A model generated the notes under the pieces. That model did not search any database. It saw only the letters and a program-made list of their open reading frames with translations, and was not told the DNA's origin. From positions 13,274-77,273 of the forward strand of contig CAZEBW010000003.1 of the NCBI GenBank assembly GCA_964510205.1: 64,000 nt of DNA, given 5' to 3'. Below, in pieces: positions 44,772-56,228 of this stretch (the stretch's first letter is position 1; each line of letters starts with the position of its first letter). A program made the position numbers and the translations under genes. Origin of the DNA: an uncultured Anaerolineae bacterium. GTDB taxonomy: Bacteria; Chloroflexota; Anaerolineae; VGOG01.

Positions 44772-47700
44772 ATGCACAGAATTCGTCCTATTGTCCTTGT
44801 CGTGTTGGCACTGTTTTTGACCTTGATGCTGCGCCCCGACTGGCACGGTGGAGGCACCGTGCTGGCAATTGGGTTCGCCGTCAACTCGACGGCTGACACC
44901 CCCGACGGCTTCCCGGGCGACTTCGTTTGCGATACCGGCTTCGGCCCTAATGATTGGACCGGCATCTGCACGCTCCGCGCCGCGATCGAAGAGGCCAACG
45001 CGAGTGCGGGCCCTCATGCGATCACCTTCACTTTCGCTGGCACGATTCAGCCCCTCACCGAACTGCCGGCCATTACGATGTCCGGCGTCACTATCGACGG
45101 AGACGGCGACATCGTGCTGGATGGCAGCAGCGCCGGCGCCGGTGCCAACGGCCTGGTGATTCAGACCAGCAACACCACCGTTAAAGGGCTGGTGATCAAC
45201 GGCTTTCAGGTGACGAATCTCGCCGGCAATGACTTCAGTAAGGGCAACGGCGTCGTCATCCGGACGGGCACGGGCAACATCATAGCCGCCAACTTCATCG
45301 GTACCAACGCTGCCGGGACCGCCTGCGTCGGCAACGGGGGCAGCGGAGTGCTGATCGGCGGCTCGAACAGCATTGGGGCCGCCAGCAACAATACAGTGGG
45401 TGGCACCAATGCCGCGGATCGTAACGTCATCACCTGCAATGGCTTCCAAAATCAGACGGTCACTGGATGGGACGGGGTGACGATCTGGGCCACCTCTGCC
45501 AATGCGGCCAACAGCAACGTCGTGCAGGGCAACTACATCGGCACCGACGTCACTGGCGCGATGACGTTGACGGCCGGCACGGACATCTCCGGCACCATCC
45601 ACATCGGCAACACTGGCAACGGCGTTCGGATCGCCGGCGGGTCGTCCAACACGGTCGGTGGCACGTCCGCGAACGCACGCAACATCCTCTCCGGCAACGA
45701 GCTGGCCGGCGTGCGCATTGAGGCCAGCCCGGTGTTCACGCGCGAGGCCAACAGCAACGTCGTGCAGGGCAACTACATCGGGACGGACGTCAACGGCACC
45801 GGCGACCTGGGTAACCTGGACGTCGGCGTCTACATCATAGGGCTCGTGGATGACGCCGACAGCAACCAAATCGGCGGGACGGACGCCGGCGCCGGTAATC
45901 TCATCTCAGGCAACGGTGCGAGCGGCGTGTTCATTCTTGGTGGTAAGGCCGACCACAATACGGTCAGCGGCAACCGCATCGGCACCGACGTCAACGGCAC
46001 TGCCGCCATGCCCAACGACAGCGGCGGTGTCATGATCACGGATGCAATGACCAACACCATCGGCGGCACAACTGCCGCGGCGCGCAACCTCATCTCCGGC
46101 AACGCGGGCATCGGCGTCTCGATTATCAACAGCGATGACGATGGTGATGCCGACGGCAACCTCATCCAGGGCAACTACATTGGCACGGAGGTCAGTGGGA
46201 CCACGGCGCTGCCCAACACGCTGACCGGCGTCGTGATCACGAACGCCGCGAACAACGACGTCGGGGGCACGGCCGCTGGCGCCGGCAACCTGATCTCCGG
46301 CAACGGCGAATACGGCGTGATCATTATGAACTCCGGCGCCACCGGCAACGTCGTGCAGGACAACTACATCGGAACCGATTTCGACGGCGATGCCGCCATC
46401 CCCAACCAGGGCGCCGGCGTCCTGATCGTCAACGCCTCGGGCAACACGGTGGGCGGGTCGGGCAACCTGATCTCAGGCAATGTCCTTCAGGGTGTACGCC
46501 TCATCGGTGCTGACAACAACACGGTGCGGGACAACCTCATCGGCACGCAGGCCGACGGGACGAGCCCGCTGGGCAACGGCTCGCACGGCGTGGTCATCGC
46601 GGATGGCGACAACAACGTCATCGGTGTGGATGGTGTGACCCCGCAGGACAACACCATCGCTCACAACGGCGGCGACGGGGTGCTGGTGTACTCCGGCACC
46701 GGCAACCAGATCCTGTCGAACTCGATCTTCGACAACACCGAGCTGGGCATTGATCTGGGCGACGACAACGTCGTGACGCCCAACGACGAGGACGATCCCG
46801 ACACGGGCGCCAACAACCTGCAGAACTACCCGGTGCTGACAACGGTTACCACCGGCAGCACCGACCTTCAAGGTGCGCTCCTCAACAGCACGCCCAATAC
46901 TCTGTTCACCATCCAGGTCTTCACCAACACGGTATGTGATGCCTCAGGTTTCGGCGAGGGCCAAACATATCTCGGCTCGACGACGGTGGAGACTGGGGGC
47001 GACGGAAACAAGCTCTTCGACGTCTCCTTCACCACCACGGTCCCCGACGGGCAATTCCTCACCGCGACAGCGACCGACCCGTACAGCAACACCTCGGAGT
47101 TCTCCAATTGCATTCCGGTCCCTTCAGCGCCGGTGCTGGCCATCAACAAGGAATGGCAAGACCTGAATGGCGGGGCTGCGCTCCCCGGCGACACGCTACT
47201 ATACACCATCAACTACTCAAACACCGGTAATGCGCCGGCCACCGGGGTGGTCATCACGGACACCTACAGCATCTCCTGCACCGCCATCAGTAACGTCACC
47301 ACGGACCTCAACTTCACCACCTTCTTCTCCGACACCACCAGGATTCGCTGGCCGGCAACGGGCGGAATAGTCCTTGACGCGCAGGCCGGCGGGTCGGTGA
47401 GCTACCGATGCACCTTGGACGACTCCTTCCCGGACGGGATCACCAATGTGGAAAACACAGCCACCATTGACTCGGATCAGACCGCGCCGCTGCCAGATAC
47501 GGAGACGGTCCCGGTCGATGTAGAGGCGGTGTTGACTATTGACAAGGAGTGCACGCCGGCCATGGGGAATAGGCCAGGTGACACAGTGCGCTGCGTGATC
47601 CAGTACGCCAACACCGGCCATGCGTATGCGACTGGTGCCACCATCGTGGACGACTACGACGAGAATTATGGCGACGTGCCAGATGCCTCGATCACGGGCA

Positions 47701-48488
47701 GTGCGCACTTTGGGGTTGGCACGGACGATAGTAACACCATCACGTGGGGCCCGTCAACGATACCGGCGGGCGAGTCGGGCCAGGTGGAGTACGACTACAC
47801 TCTGGCTGTAGCCGGCACCTTCCCTCATGGCACGACGCCGGTGATGAACACAGCTACCATAGACTCCAACGACACGGATCCGGTGGCGGATCCCGAGACG
47901 ATCCAGGTCACGGCGGCGGCGGTGCTGACCATCAACAAGCAGGCACTAGACCCGAATGGTGGGCTCGCAGAGCCCGGCGACATTCTGCAATATACCATCC
48001 ACTACACCAACACGGGCGACGCGCAGGCGACTGGAGTGTTCATCACCGACGACTACAGCGACTTATGTGCCATCAGTGGTGTGACAACAGACGCCAACTT
48101 CACCACCTTCTCCAACATCTCTGGGGTGTTGCGCTGGCCGCAGAACCCGAACATGACGACGCTGGCGGCAGGGGCAAGTGGATCATTGAGCTACGAGTGC
48201 CAGTTGCAGGACCCCTTCCCGGCAGGGACGACACGGGTGAGCAACACCAGCACCATAGACTCGAATGAAACCGGCCCGAAGCAAGACACGGAGACGCTCT
48301 TCACCGCCTGCTACGACTTCAATGGGAATGGGGTGGTGGATATAGGTGACATCATGCAAGTGGCTGTTCGATGGGGTATCGCCCCCGGCGACCCTGACTG
48401 GGATGACAAGTACGACGTGAATGGGGACGGGGCCATCACTATACTAGATATCATGATGGTAGCGGCCCAGTGGGGCCAGGCTTGCTAG
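44772..48488 (+). CDS. Giant secreted protein with right-handed parallel beta-helix repeats, DUF11 (conserved repeat) domains and a C-terminal type-I dockerin-like module
   Basis: Signal/TM N-terminus. Many repeats of the GNG.GV.I..S.NN.IGG type. The TATIDS...DT-type DUF11 repeats. C-terminal DFNGNGVVDIGDIM...DVNGDGAITILDIM. Confidence 0.7.
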   Translation: MHRIRPIVLVVLALFLTLMLRPDWHGGGTVLAIGFAVNSTADTPDGFPGDFVCDTGFGPNDWTGICTLRAAIEEANASAGPHAITFTFAGTIQPLTELPAITMSGVTIDGDGDIVLDGSSAGAGANGLVIQTSNTTVKGLVINGFQVTNLAGNDFSKGNGVVIRTGTGNIIAANFIGTNAAGTACVGNGGSGVLIGGSNSIGAASNNTVGGTNAADRNVITCNGFQNQTVTGWDGVTIWATSANAANSNVVQGNYIGTDVTGAMTLTAGTDISGTIHIGNTGNGVRIAGGSSNTVGGTSANARNILSGNELAGVRIEASPVFTREANSNVVQGNYIGTDVNGTGDLGNLDVGVYIIGLVDDADSNQIGGTDAGAGNLISGNGASGVFILGGKADHNTVSGNRIGTDVNGTAAMPNDSGGVMITDAMTNTIGGTTAAARNLISGNAGIGVSIINSDDDGDADGNLIQGNYIGTEVSGTTALPNTLTGVVITNAANNDVGGTAAGAGNLISGNGEYGVIIMNSGATGNVVQDNYIGTDFDGDAAIPNQGAGVLIVNASGNTVGGSGNLISGNVLQGVRLIGADNNTVRDNLIGTQADGTSPLGNGSHGVVIADGDNNVIGVDGVTPQDNTIAHNGGDGVLVYSGTGNQILSNSIFDNTELGIDLGDDNVVTPNDEDDPDTGANNLQNYPVLTTVTTGSTDLQGALLNSTPNTLFTIQVFTNTVCDASGFGEGQTYLGSTTVETGGDGNKLFDVSFTTTVPDGQFLTATATDPYSNTSEFSNCIPVPSAPVLAINKEWQDLNGGAALPGDTLLYTINYSNTGNAPATGVVITDTYSISCTAISNVTTDLNFTTFFSDTTRIRWPATGGIVLDAQAGGSVSYRCTLDDSFPDGITNVENTATIDSDQTAPLPDTETVPVDVEAVLTIDKECTPAMGNRPGDTVRCVIQYANTGHAYATGATIVDDYDENYGDVPDASITGSAHFGVGTDDSNTITWGPSTIPAGESGQVEYDYTLAVAGTFPHGTTPVMNTATIDSNDTDPVADPETIQVTAAAVLTINKQALDPNGGLAEPGDILQYTIHYTNTGDAQATGVFITDDYSDLCAISGVTTDANFTTFSNISGVLRWPQNPNMTTLAAGASGSLSYECQLQDPFPAGTTRVSNTSTIDSNETGPKQDTETLFTACYDFNGNGVVDIGDIMQVAVRWGIAPGDPDWDDKYDVNGDGAITILDIMMVAAQWGQAC

Positions 48489-48536
48489 GGAAGGTGAACT
48501 GTCGTGTCTATAGCCAACAGAGGGGGTTAAGTCACA

Positions 48537-50480
48537 GTGAATAAACGTTCCACAAATACACGCTGGCAATTCAAGCTGCCATCGCTCTCCAGTCTTGTGC
48601 CTATTTTGGTTGTGGTCCTTTTGACGAGCTTCGTATTCGGCACGATGCGCTTCCCGGCAGCGATCACCGCCGCCGACATCCGGGGCGACCCGTTCGGCCA
48701 GTATGGCGACGCCGACGACCAGTTCAACCTGCCCGAGGGCGCCGAGACGGCGTCGGTGGTGTCCTATCAGGAAGACTTCGATTTCAGCCGGGGCACGGAG
48801 TGGAAGACCTCGGGCTGCATGCTCGGCCAGGGGCTGTGGGGCCAGACCTCCACGTTGCCGCAAAAAATTAGTGGCCAGGTTACAGCGCCAGCGTACTGGT
48901 ACGGCACCCATCCGTCCGCGCTGGATTTCAAGCAGGACCTGCCGCCCAACCAGGGGCCGTGCCCCGGACTCGATCCGCCGTGCTATCGCTGCCTCCCAGG
49001 AGGCTACTACCAGGCCCAGTACTCCACGGGCGACCTGTGCGCCTTCGGCGGGGGACAGCACTGCGGCAACCTGACGGCGCCACGCATCAACCTCTACAAC
49101 GTCCCGCCGCCCATCGTGCTGGAGTTCAAGAACTGCCTCGAGATACAATCGTCACCGCCATTTGCTGGCCCCGTGCAGATCGAGGCCCGCGTTGAGATCG
49201 CCGTCAACGGCGGCGAGTTCTTCACCTTGAAGAGCTTTACGCAGAATGTCAATTGCACGGCGGAGAAGATTGATCTGTCGGACTACGCCAACTCGATCAT
49301 CCAGTTGCGTTGGTTCATGGCGGTGATTGGGACCTCGTCCTACGCAACGAATGCCTACGGCTGGGTGGTGGACGACGTCAAGGTCATCGGGGGCTTCGAC
49401 ACGGATATAGATAATGAACTGAATTCCGACCAGCGCTTCTACGTGGCCGACACGCGGAATCACCGCATCAGCGTGTGGAAATACAAGACCGACGATGACG
49501 CGGTGGACCAATTTACGGATAAGAACTTCGGCCAGTACGGCGACGACGACGGCCAGTTCAACCGCCCCGAGGACGTCGCTGTGGGGCCGGACGGCCGGGT
49601 GTACGTGGCCGACACCGGCAACCACCGCATCCAGGTGTTTGACAAGGATGGCGAGTATGTTCAAGATGGCGAGATTGGCTGGTATGGCGACGGGGACGGT
49701 CAATTCAACTCGCCGAGCGGATTGGCTGTCAGCGGCTGGGTGCTGAAAGACAACGGCATGAACGAACCGCGTCGCGTGGCCGACTTTTTCTATCTCTACG
49801 TGGCCGACACCCTCAACCACCGCCTCCAGCGCTTCAAGATCAGCGCGCCGGACAAAGTAGCCGGCGGGTTTGGGTTCGAGACGACCCCGTTCGATTACGA
49901 GCACGACGGCAACATGGGGTCCTACGGCGACGCCGACGGCCAATTCAACCTGCCGGAGGGCACGGCCGCCGACCCGATAGATACGCCGGCCTTTCTGGCG
50001 CCCGAGATGTACCAACTGCCCATCGTGCCCGAGCAGTGGGTGGGACACGTCTACGTCGCCGACCAGAACAACCACCGCGTGCAGTACTTCGAGTTGACTG
50101 GCGCGTTCGAGGACAAGTGGGGAACCTACGGCGACGGCGACGACAACTTCAACACACCGCAGGACGTGGCCGTCGGCATTCGTCTCGAGGATCCCATCAA
50201 GAACGAGGGGGAGCGCTATGTGGACGTCTACGTCGCCGACACGGGCAACCACCAGGTCAAGCAGTACGACGACACGGGGGCGCATCAGGACACCATCGGC
50301 AGCTACGGCGACGCGGACGGATTGTTCAACAGCCCGAATGGCGTCGCCGTGGATCGGCTGCCACAGCAGTTGTCAGATGATGATTATCCGCAATCCGTCG
50401 GTGTTGATGGCGATCTGTTCGTCATAGACAGCCTGAACCACCGTGGACAGCGATTTGAACGTACGGAAGGACTACCGTGA
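48537..50480 (+). CDS. Secreted NHL-repeat protein
   Basis: Signal peptide and at least 5 NHL repeats (YVADTGNHRIQVFD, YVADQNNHRVQYFE, etc.). Confidence 0.75.
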   Translation: MNKRSTNTRWQFKLPSLSSLVPILVVVLLTSFVFGTMRFPAAITAADIRGDPFGQYGDADDQFNLPEGAETASVVSYQEDFDFSRGTEWKTSGCMLGQGLWGQTSTLPQKISGQVTAPAYWYGTHPSALDFKQDLPPNQGPCPGLDPPCYRCLPGGYYQAQYSTGDLCAFGGGQHCGNLTAPRINLYNVPPPIVLEFKNCLEIQSSPPFAGPVQIEARVEIAVNGGEFFTLKSFTQNVNCTAEKIDLSDYANSIIQLRWFMAVIGTSSYATNAYGWVVDDVKVIGGFDTDIDNELNSDQRFYVADTRNHRISVWKYKTDDDAVDQFTDKNFGQYGDDDGQFNRPEDVAVGPDGRVYVADTGNHRIQVFDKDGEYVQDGEIGWYGDGDGQFNSPSGLAVSGWVLKDNGMNEPRRVADFFYLYVADTLNHRLQRFKISAPDKVAGGFGFETTPFDYEHDGNMGSYGDADGQFNLPEGTAADPIDTPAFLAPEMYQLPIVPEQWVGHVYVADQNNHRVQYFELTGAFEDKWGTYGDGDDNFNTPQDVAVGIRLEDPIKNEGERYVDVYVADTGNHQVKQYDDTGAHQDTIGSYGDADGLFNSPNGVAVDRLPQQLSDDDYPQSVGVDGDLFVIDSLNHRGQRFERTEGLP

Positions 50481-50610
50481 TAACCTGTTGGTCGTCGGGT
50501 CAGGGACCCATCGCGGCCAATGCTTTATTCGCCAATTGTCGTTTTGCTGGCTCGCAGGAGCTCAGCCAACCGCAATGCTTACAATCATACGTAAAGGAGG
50601 TTAGTGAGTC

Positions 50611-53600
50611 ATGAACATCCAAGCTCTTTTCCAACCCAAACGACGGCGCCTGCTGGTGCTTGTCATGCCGGTGCTGGTCGCCCTGCTCGTCGTGGCGCTG
50701 ATCATCGGGTCGTTGTCGGTCTCCGCCTTCGGCGATCTGGAGGTGACCTTCAAATCGGGGTCGGAGCCACCAACTACGACCAGGGCCGGTACCAGTCACT
50801 CGTTCTCAGTCGAGGTGACAAACAACGGCACTACGGATCCACCGGCTGAGGCCGTGGTGTTTGAGTACCGAGCGCCGGCGGGTGTGGTCATCACTGAGAT
50901 TAAGTCAGATGCACCTGGCCCCTGCGAGGTTGGCACCGAGGGCGACCCCAGTGATCCGTCCATCTGCTCTCTGGGCAACATGGCCGGCGACACCTACACC
51001 ATTGACATCACGGTCTACGTCCTCCCCGACGTCCCGCATGGCACGCTGCTGGACCACGACGTGCGGGCTTGGCAGTTCGGCACGGAGGAGGATCCACCCG
51101 ACAACGAGAACCACGCCTTCGTCGAGGTAGAAGCCGAGGCCGACCTCTCTGTGTCCAAGATAGCCGAGGGCGACGTGGTCACGGGCTATGACGACAACAC
51201 CTTCGAGGACATCCTCACGCCCACCGCGAATGAGGTGACGGCCGGCGAGCTGATCAAGTACACCGTCACCATTACCAACGCTGGCCCGTCGGACGCCCAG
51301 AACGTGGTGGTCACCGATACCCTGCCGGCCAAGTTCGATTTCATAGAGAGCGTGCCCGCTGGCTGTTGGGCCAACGCCGCCAACCCGCTGCTGGTCACCT
51401 GCCTGCTGAACACCATGCCGGCCACCACCACCCAGCAGTTGGAGCTGGTGGCTCGCACCCGGCCGGATGCGGCCATTGACAGCCTGGAAACGACGGGGAT
51501 CGCGGACGACCTGGACAACGTGCGCCCCGTGACCAACACTGTCCAGGTGACCAGCACCACCTCTGATACAGTGACTTCAAACAACACTAACATTGTGACC
51601 ACAACGGTGAACGCGGTCGCCAACCTGCAGATCACCAAGACCGACCTCCCCGACCCGGTGCTGGCCGGCGAGGAAGTGGTCTACGAAGTCACCGCCAAGA
51701 ACCTCGGGCCGTCTAAGTCGCGCGATATCGAGATTGATGACTTACTCCCCGACGGCCTGGTCTTCGTCCGCTGCGAGCCGCTGGATCCCGACGAGGTACC
51801 GGTCTGCAGCGCCGTGGGGCAGATGGTGACGCTGGACGACTTCCGCATCAACAGCCTGACGCGGGACGACCTGATGCCAGACGAGGAGCGGTCCTTCCGC
51901 ATCGTGGCCTACGCCCGCAGCAACCTGGTCAAAGAGCCCAATCTCTATGCAGGTGCACCGGATGCGGTGGGCAACCTGGTGACCCTCACTAACACGGTTT
52001 GGATCTCGGATGCACTCGACATCACCGACTGGTATACGGCCACTACCAGGGACCGCGAGTTGACCGGTGTCACCAGCGAGGCCGACCTGGAGGTGCGCAA
52101 GACGGACACGCCCAATCCCACACCCGACGATGGCTACCTGATCTACGACCCCGTCACCAACAGCTTCATCTACACCTACACGATCACCATCGAGAACCTG
52201 GGGCCGTCGGACGCCGGACGGGTGATCCTGACCGACACGCTGCCGATCTACGCCAGCCTGGACATGGTGGGCGGCGATCCGATGACTGCTATTACCACGA
52301 CCGGCTCCCCCACGGACGCCCTTGATATCCGCTTCCGCGACGATGGCGTGGTCATCGTGGACTGGGGCCAGATCGCCGGCAACGATGACCGTCGTGACGA
52401 CCTGACCCTTGATCCCGCCAACCCGTCGCTGCCCACGACGCGCACCCTCACCATTCGCGTGCGGGTGGACGCTGACGTGGCGCCGGACATCGGCGTCCTG
52501 GAGAACCGGGTGCAGGTAACCACCGTGGCCGGTGACGTCTGTCCGACCCAGACTGGCAGCCCTGTGTGCACGGACCCGTGGCCCCACGGCTACACCCCGA
52601 CGCCGGATCCGGACCTGAGCAACAACGTGTATGTTGAGTACACAGCGCTGGTGTCGCCGGAGGTCAAGGTGGACAAGAAGGTCTACGTCCGCAAAAGCCC
52701 GGCCAGAAGCATTGACGTCACCACCGATGGCCTGACGGAGGTGGAGCGCTGTGAGGCCTACGCCGCCGACGACGTCCTGACGCTGCCGGGCGACGAGGTG
52801 ACCTACTGCTACCTCATCACCAACGAGGGCGACTCCTGGCTCAACTCCGTCACGCTGCAGGACCAGTCCGATGCGCTCATCTACCGCGCGCCGCTAGACC
52901 GCTTCGAGGTCATCTACCCGGGCCAGACGGACCAGCCTCCGTTGCGGGGCGCCATCACCCGGGTTGGTGCTAACACGGACGAGGCCCAGACCATTAATAT
53001 CGCCACAACATACGCTGCGGTGGCTGTCATGTCGCCGAAAGGCGTGCCGGATCCGGATGGCTACGACCACATCCTGATCACCCGCAGGTTCACAGTGGAC
53101 TTCCCACTGCTTGGCGCCGTCGCTGGAATCGTCTGGGACGACGCAAACGAGAACCACGTGGTTGACCTGGGCGAGACGCCCTGGCCAGGCAAGAAAGTTT
53201 GGCTATATGACGAGTCGGGCGCCGTGGACTTGGACGTCACGACCACTGGTGCGGATGGGAGATATGCATTCCACGACGTTGCGCCCGGAAAGTATAAAGT
53301 ACTGGTGCGCGAGCCTGCCCCTCTAAACACGGTTCTCGGTGTCTCGCCTGTGATCACATTCGATCCGTCGAAAGGGTACTCGATAGCCAACCTCGACCAC
53401 CCCAGCAAGCTGTGGTATATCGAGAGTGAGGAGTATGAGGAGCCCATATTCCGCATGTTGGGCACCAACGTGGCGCGGGTGGACGCGATACCGAGCACCA
53501 AGTACAGCACTTCCCTGCCGGGCATCGAGCCCTCCGGCGATTGCGAGGACCCCGATCTCGTCTGCGACACCGACCTACTCCACGACACCCTGGCTTTGCC

Positions 53601-56094
53601 AGTGCTCGAAGATACCACTAAGGAGTGGGATATCTTCGAGGACAATGGGGATAACCTACCTAGCCCAGATGACGTCATTGAATACACCGTGGACATCCCC
53701 AATACGGGCATCATCGAGGCCACGGGGGTGGAGTTCTACGACGGGCTGTACAACTGGATCAATGACGAAGTGGACGACCTGAAAGTGCCGGGCTGGCTGA
53801 TCAACGGCAGCGTATCCGCTGCCATCCACGTCACCGGCCGTGACCCGGACACCGGGCGCGAGATTGACGCCGACCTGGAGCCGCCAGATCTGGCCTTCGG
53901 CGAGGACATCCTGCTCCGTACCCACGCGCCAGTGATTGGCGGCGGCTACCTTGAGCTCACCTACCCGTCGCGCATCGTGCTGGACGAGGAGATCCTCAAG
54001 GGCAATAACGACGGCGACGATGAGGTCCACGTAGCTACGCGGCTGCCCATCCCGCCCAAGGGCTACCTGCTGCGCTTCGACGGCGAGACCTACGACCCGC
54101 CCATCCCAGTCACTTTCTCCCTGCGCATCAAGTACCAGGTGCGCATCAAGGAGACCAAGTACGTGAGGCTGGGCACCATCGTCCTCAACCACGGCTGGGT
54201 GGATTACAACGAGATGGGCCTGTTCGACCAGCGATTCCCGGATTTCGACCCCACGGATCCGGATGCTCACACAGCGGACAACAAGGTGGCCAACAACCAC
54301 GCCGGTACGCCCGGGCGGGACTGGGAGAGGCCTGAGTTCCCCGGCTGGCCGGCGATTCCGGTGGACGTTGAGCCCACGAACTACCTTGGCGAGCGCTTCG
54401 ACGACTACGCGCTGCCTGATGCTGCTCTGCGTGACGACGACGATCCGACCTGGTTCAAGCTGGAGCAGATGCCGCGTCGCCTTCAGTTGCCGGCCATTGA
54501 TAACGCGGGCGGTTGGGAAACCCAGATCCAAGTGCAGAACGCGGGTGATGAAGATACGGGAGGGATCGTGTTCTTCTGGGGAGAGTACTCGGCCAAGTGT
54601 CCTTACAGCGATCCGGGCCCGATTGAGTCTGCCTGCAAGCGGGTGCTTGAGAACGCTGTCTGGCCTCTGAAGTCCCAGAGCATCCCCAGCGCAGCAAGGT
54701 CGGCCATAGCCTACTCGGTGGACGACGACCTCTTTGAGCAGGCCTGTAGGGATGCGGCTGATGCTGTGGGTGACAGTGCCGCCTGGCAGGATTGGGAGGA
54801 TGCTTACAAAGGCAGCGGCGAGCCGATCGCAGTGATCGTTGAGCGCAAAGGACCTAACGATCATGATACGCTGGTTTCCAGCGCCTACCCTGGTATCTCG
54901 GAAAACAGGGAGGGGGGTGGACCTCCATATCGGTACTTTGCCCCCTATGCCATGAGGCTGTATCAGGGCTTGGATACGGAGATGATCATCCAGAACTCCG
55001 GTCGGGGGTGCGCTTCCATCGTCCTCAACTATCAGAAGCAGGGGGCCTGTGTCTTCAGCTATGATGAGGACATCTTCTTGGCGCCGGGCGAATCCATCCG
55101 GAAGCGAGTGCCAGAGGTGCTGGGCGCCGAATGGCTGGGTTCGATCTACCTCGAGTCGGACGAACCCTTGGGCATCGTCATAGATCAGACCAGCTTCCTG
55201 CCGTCGGAAGACAGGGGGACGCTGTTGACCTATGAAGCCCGGCCCTACAGGCTCACCACCGACACAGTCTTCTATGGCGACCTGGTTTGGCGCGAGCTGA
55301 GCGGCTGGGAGGCCAGCATCCAGGTGCAGAACCTGACCCAGCATTCCCAGCCTACCTTCGTAACGGTGGAGTTTTTCGATCAGAGTGGCGATTCCATCCT
55401 CTTCCTGGGCGAGTGGATCTGCCGTGCCGGAGGGAAAACCTTCTATCTGCCGGCCGTCACTGACCTGGGGGTCAATTATCCTGCTGGGTACGTGGGGGCG
55501 GTCGAAATCCAGTCCCACGGGCAGGTTGACTATCCGGGCGGAATGCATGATGGCCAGCCCATCTTCGCCGTGATTGACCTGAAGAAGACAAAGATGTACG
55601 ATGAGAATCTGCATCGGTGGAGACACACCGTGCCTGGTGAGATCCAGGGTGGGGCCTACAACGCTCTTTCGGAGACGGACAAGGAGGCAACCAGGGCCAT
55701 CATGCTCCCCCACCTGGCCAAGGCCAAAGATGGTCAGGGCGTAACCTCTCTGATCGCTGTCCGCAACAATTCCAACTGCAATGACATCGCGCTCAAGCTG
55801 GAAGTCACAAACCGGGTCGGGACCACGGTTACCTATGTAACCAACTTCTATCTGTCCACTAGGCACATCAAGCTCATAGACCTGGCCGACATAGGCACCA
55901 TAAATCCTGGCTTCGTCGGTGCAGGGACGGTAGAAGTCACATACGTGGAACAGTTGTGCGACGAGGACGCCGATGGACATATAGATGAGGCGCCCATTGT
56001 GCCTTCTGTGGTGGTGGTGAACAGGGGCGCTGGTGCTGGTGACATCACTGAGGTATACAAGGGTATTCCCGTGGCTTTTTGGGGAACCCCGTGA
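50611..56094 (+). CDS. Giant (1827 aa) secreted DUF11-repeat surface protein with a large C-terminal region of unknown function
   Basis: N-terminal TM/signal. Several DUF11 repeats (LSVSK...TVTITNAGPSDAQNVVVTDTLP). AAGGAGG SD. Confidence 0.65.
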   Translation: MNIQALFQPKRRRLLVLVMPVLVALLVVALIIGSLSVSAFGDLEVTFKSGSEPPTTTRAGTSHSFSVEVTNNGTTDPPAEAVVFEYRAPAGVVITEIKSDAPGPCEVGTEGDPSDPSICSLGNMAGDTYTIDITVYVLPDVPHGTLLDHDVRAWQFGTEEDPPDNENHAFVEVEAEADLSVSKIAEGDVVTGYDDNTFEDILTPTANEVTAGELIKYTVTITNAGPSDAQNVVVTDTLPAKFDFIESVPAGCWANAANPLLVTCLLNTMPATTTQQLELVARTRPDAAIDSLETTGIADDLDNVRPVTNTVQVTSTTSDTVTSNNTNIVTTTVNAVANLQITKTDLPDPVLAGEEVVYEVTAKNLGPSKSRDIEIDDLLPDGLVFVRCEPLDPDEVPVCSAVGQMVTLDDFRINSLTRDDLMPDEERSFRIVAYARSNLVKEPNLYAGAPDAVGNLVTLTNTVWISDALDITDWYTATTRDRELTGVTSEADLEVRKTDTPNPTPDDGYLIYDPVTNSFIYTYTITIENLGPSDAGRVILTDTLPIYASLDMVGGDPMTAITTTGSPTDALDIRFRDDGVVIVDWGQIAGNDDRRDDLTLDPANPSLPTTRTLTIRVRVDADVAPDIGVLENRVQVTTVAGDVCPTQTGSPVCTDPWPHGYTPTPDPDLSNNVYVEYTALVSPEVKVDKKVYVRKSPARSIDVTTDGLTEVERCEAYAADDVLTLPGDEVTYCYLITNEGDSWLNSVTLQDQSDALIYRAPLDRFEVIYPGQTDQPPLRGAITRVGANTDEAQTINIATTYAAVAVMSPKGVPDPDGYDHILITRRFTVDFPLLGAVAGIVWDDANENHVVDLGETPWPGKKVWLYDESGAVDLDVTTTGADGRYAFHDVAPGKYKVLVREPAPLNTVLGVSPVITFDPSKGYSIANLDHPSKLWYIESEEYEEPIFRMLGTNVARVDAIPSTKYSTSLPGIEPSGDCEDPDLVCDTDLLHDTLALPVLEDTTKEWDIFEDNGDNLPSPDDVIEYTVDIPNTGIIEATGVEFYDGLYNWINDEVDDLKVPGWLINGSVSAAIHVTGRDPDTGREIDADLEPPDLAFGEDILLRTHAPVIGGGYLELTYPSRIVLDEEILKGNNDGDDEVHVATRLPIPPKGYLLRFDGETYDPPIPVTFSLRIKYQVRIKETKYVRLGTIVLNHGWVDYNEMGLFDQRFPDFDPTDPDAHTADNKVANNHAGTPGRDWERPEFPGWPAIPVDVEPTNYLGERFDDYALPDAALRDDDDPTWFKLEQMPRRLQLPAIDNAGGWETQIQVQNAGDEDTGGIVFFWGEYSAKCPYSDPGPIESACKRVLENAVWPLKSQSIPSAARSAIAYSVDDDLFEQACRDAADAVGDSAAWQDWEDAYKGSGEPIAVIVERKGPNDHDTLVSSAYPGISENREGGGPPYRYFAPYAMRLYQGLDTEMIIQNSGRGCASIVLNYQKQGACVFSYDEDIFLAPGESIRKRVPEVLGAEWLGSIYLESDEPLGIVIDQTSFLPSEDRGTLLTYEARPYRLTTDTVFYGDLVWRELSGWEASIQVQNLTQHSQPTFVTVEFFDQSGDSILFLGEWICRAGGKTFYLPAVTDLGVNYPAGYVGAVEIQSHGQVDYPGGMHDGQPIFAVIDLKKTKMYDENLHRWRHTVPGEIQGGAYNALSETDKEATRAIMLPHLAKAKDGQGVTSLIAVRNNSNCNDIALKLEVTNRVGTTVTYVTNFYLSTRHIKLIDLADIGTINPGFVGAGTVEVTYVEQLCDEDADGHIDEAPIVPSVVVVNRGAGAGDITEVYKGIPVAFWGTP

Positions 56095-56189
56095 GGTAGT
56101 AGCCCAGCCCGTCGCAATCCCGCTGACGGCTAACAGAAAGAGCCACCAGGAGTGATCGCCCTGGTGGCTCTTTGCATTTGTCTCGGCAA

Positions 56190-56221
56190 GGTGCAACGCA
56201 CTTCCAGAAGTGCGTTGCACC
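56190..56221. repeat. Palindromic hairpin GGTGCAACGCACTTC-CA-GAAGTGCGTTGCACC (copy 2 of the 17616 element), between convergent genes
   Basis: Same 14-bp stem as 17616-17646, with a different loop. Confidence 0.7.
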
Positions 56222-56228
56222 TTCTTCG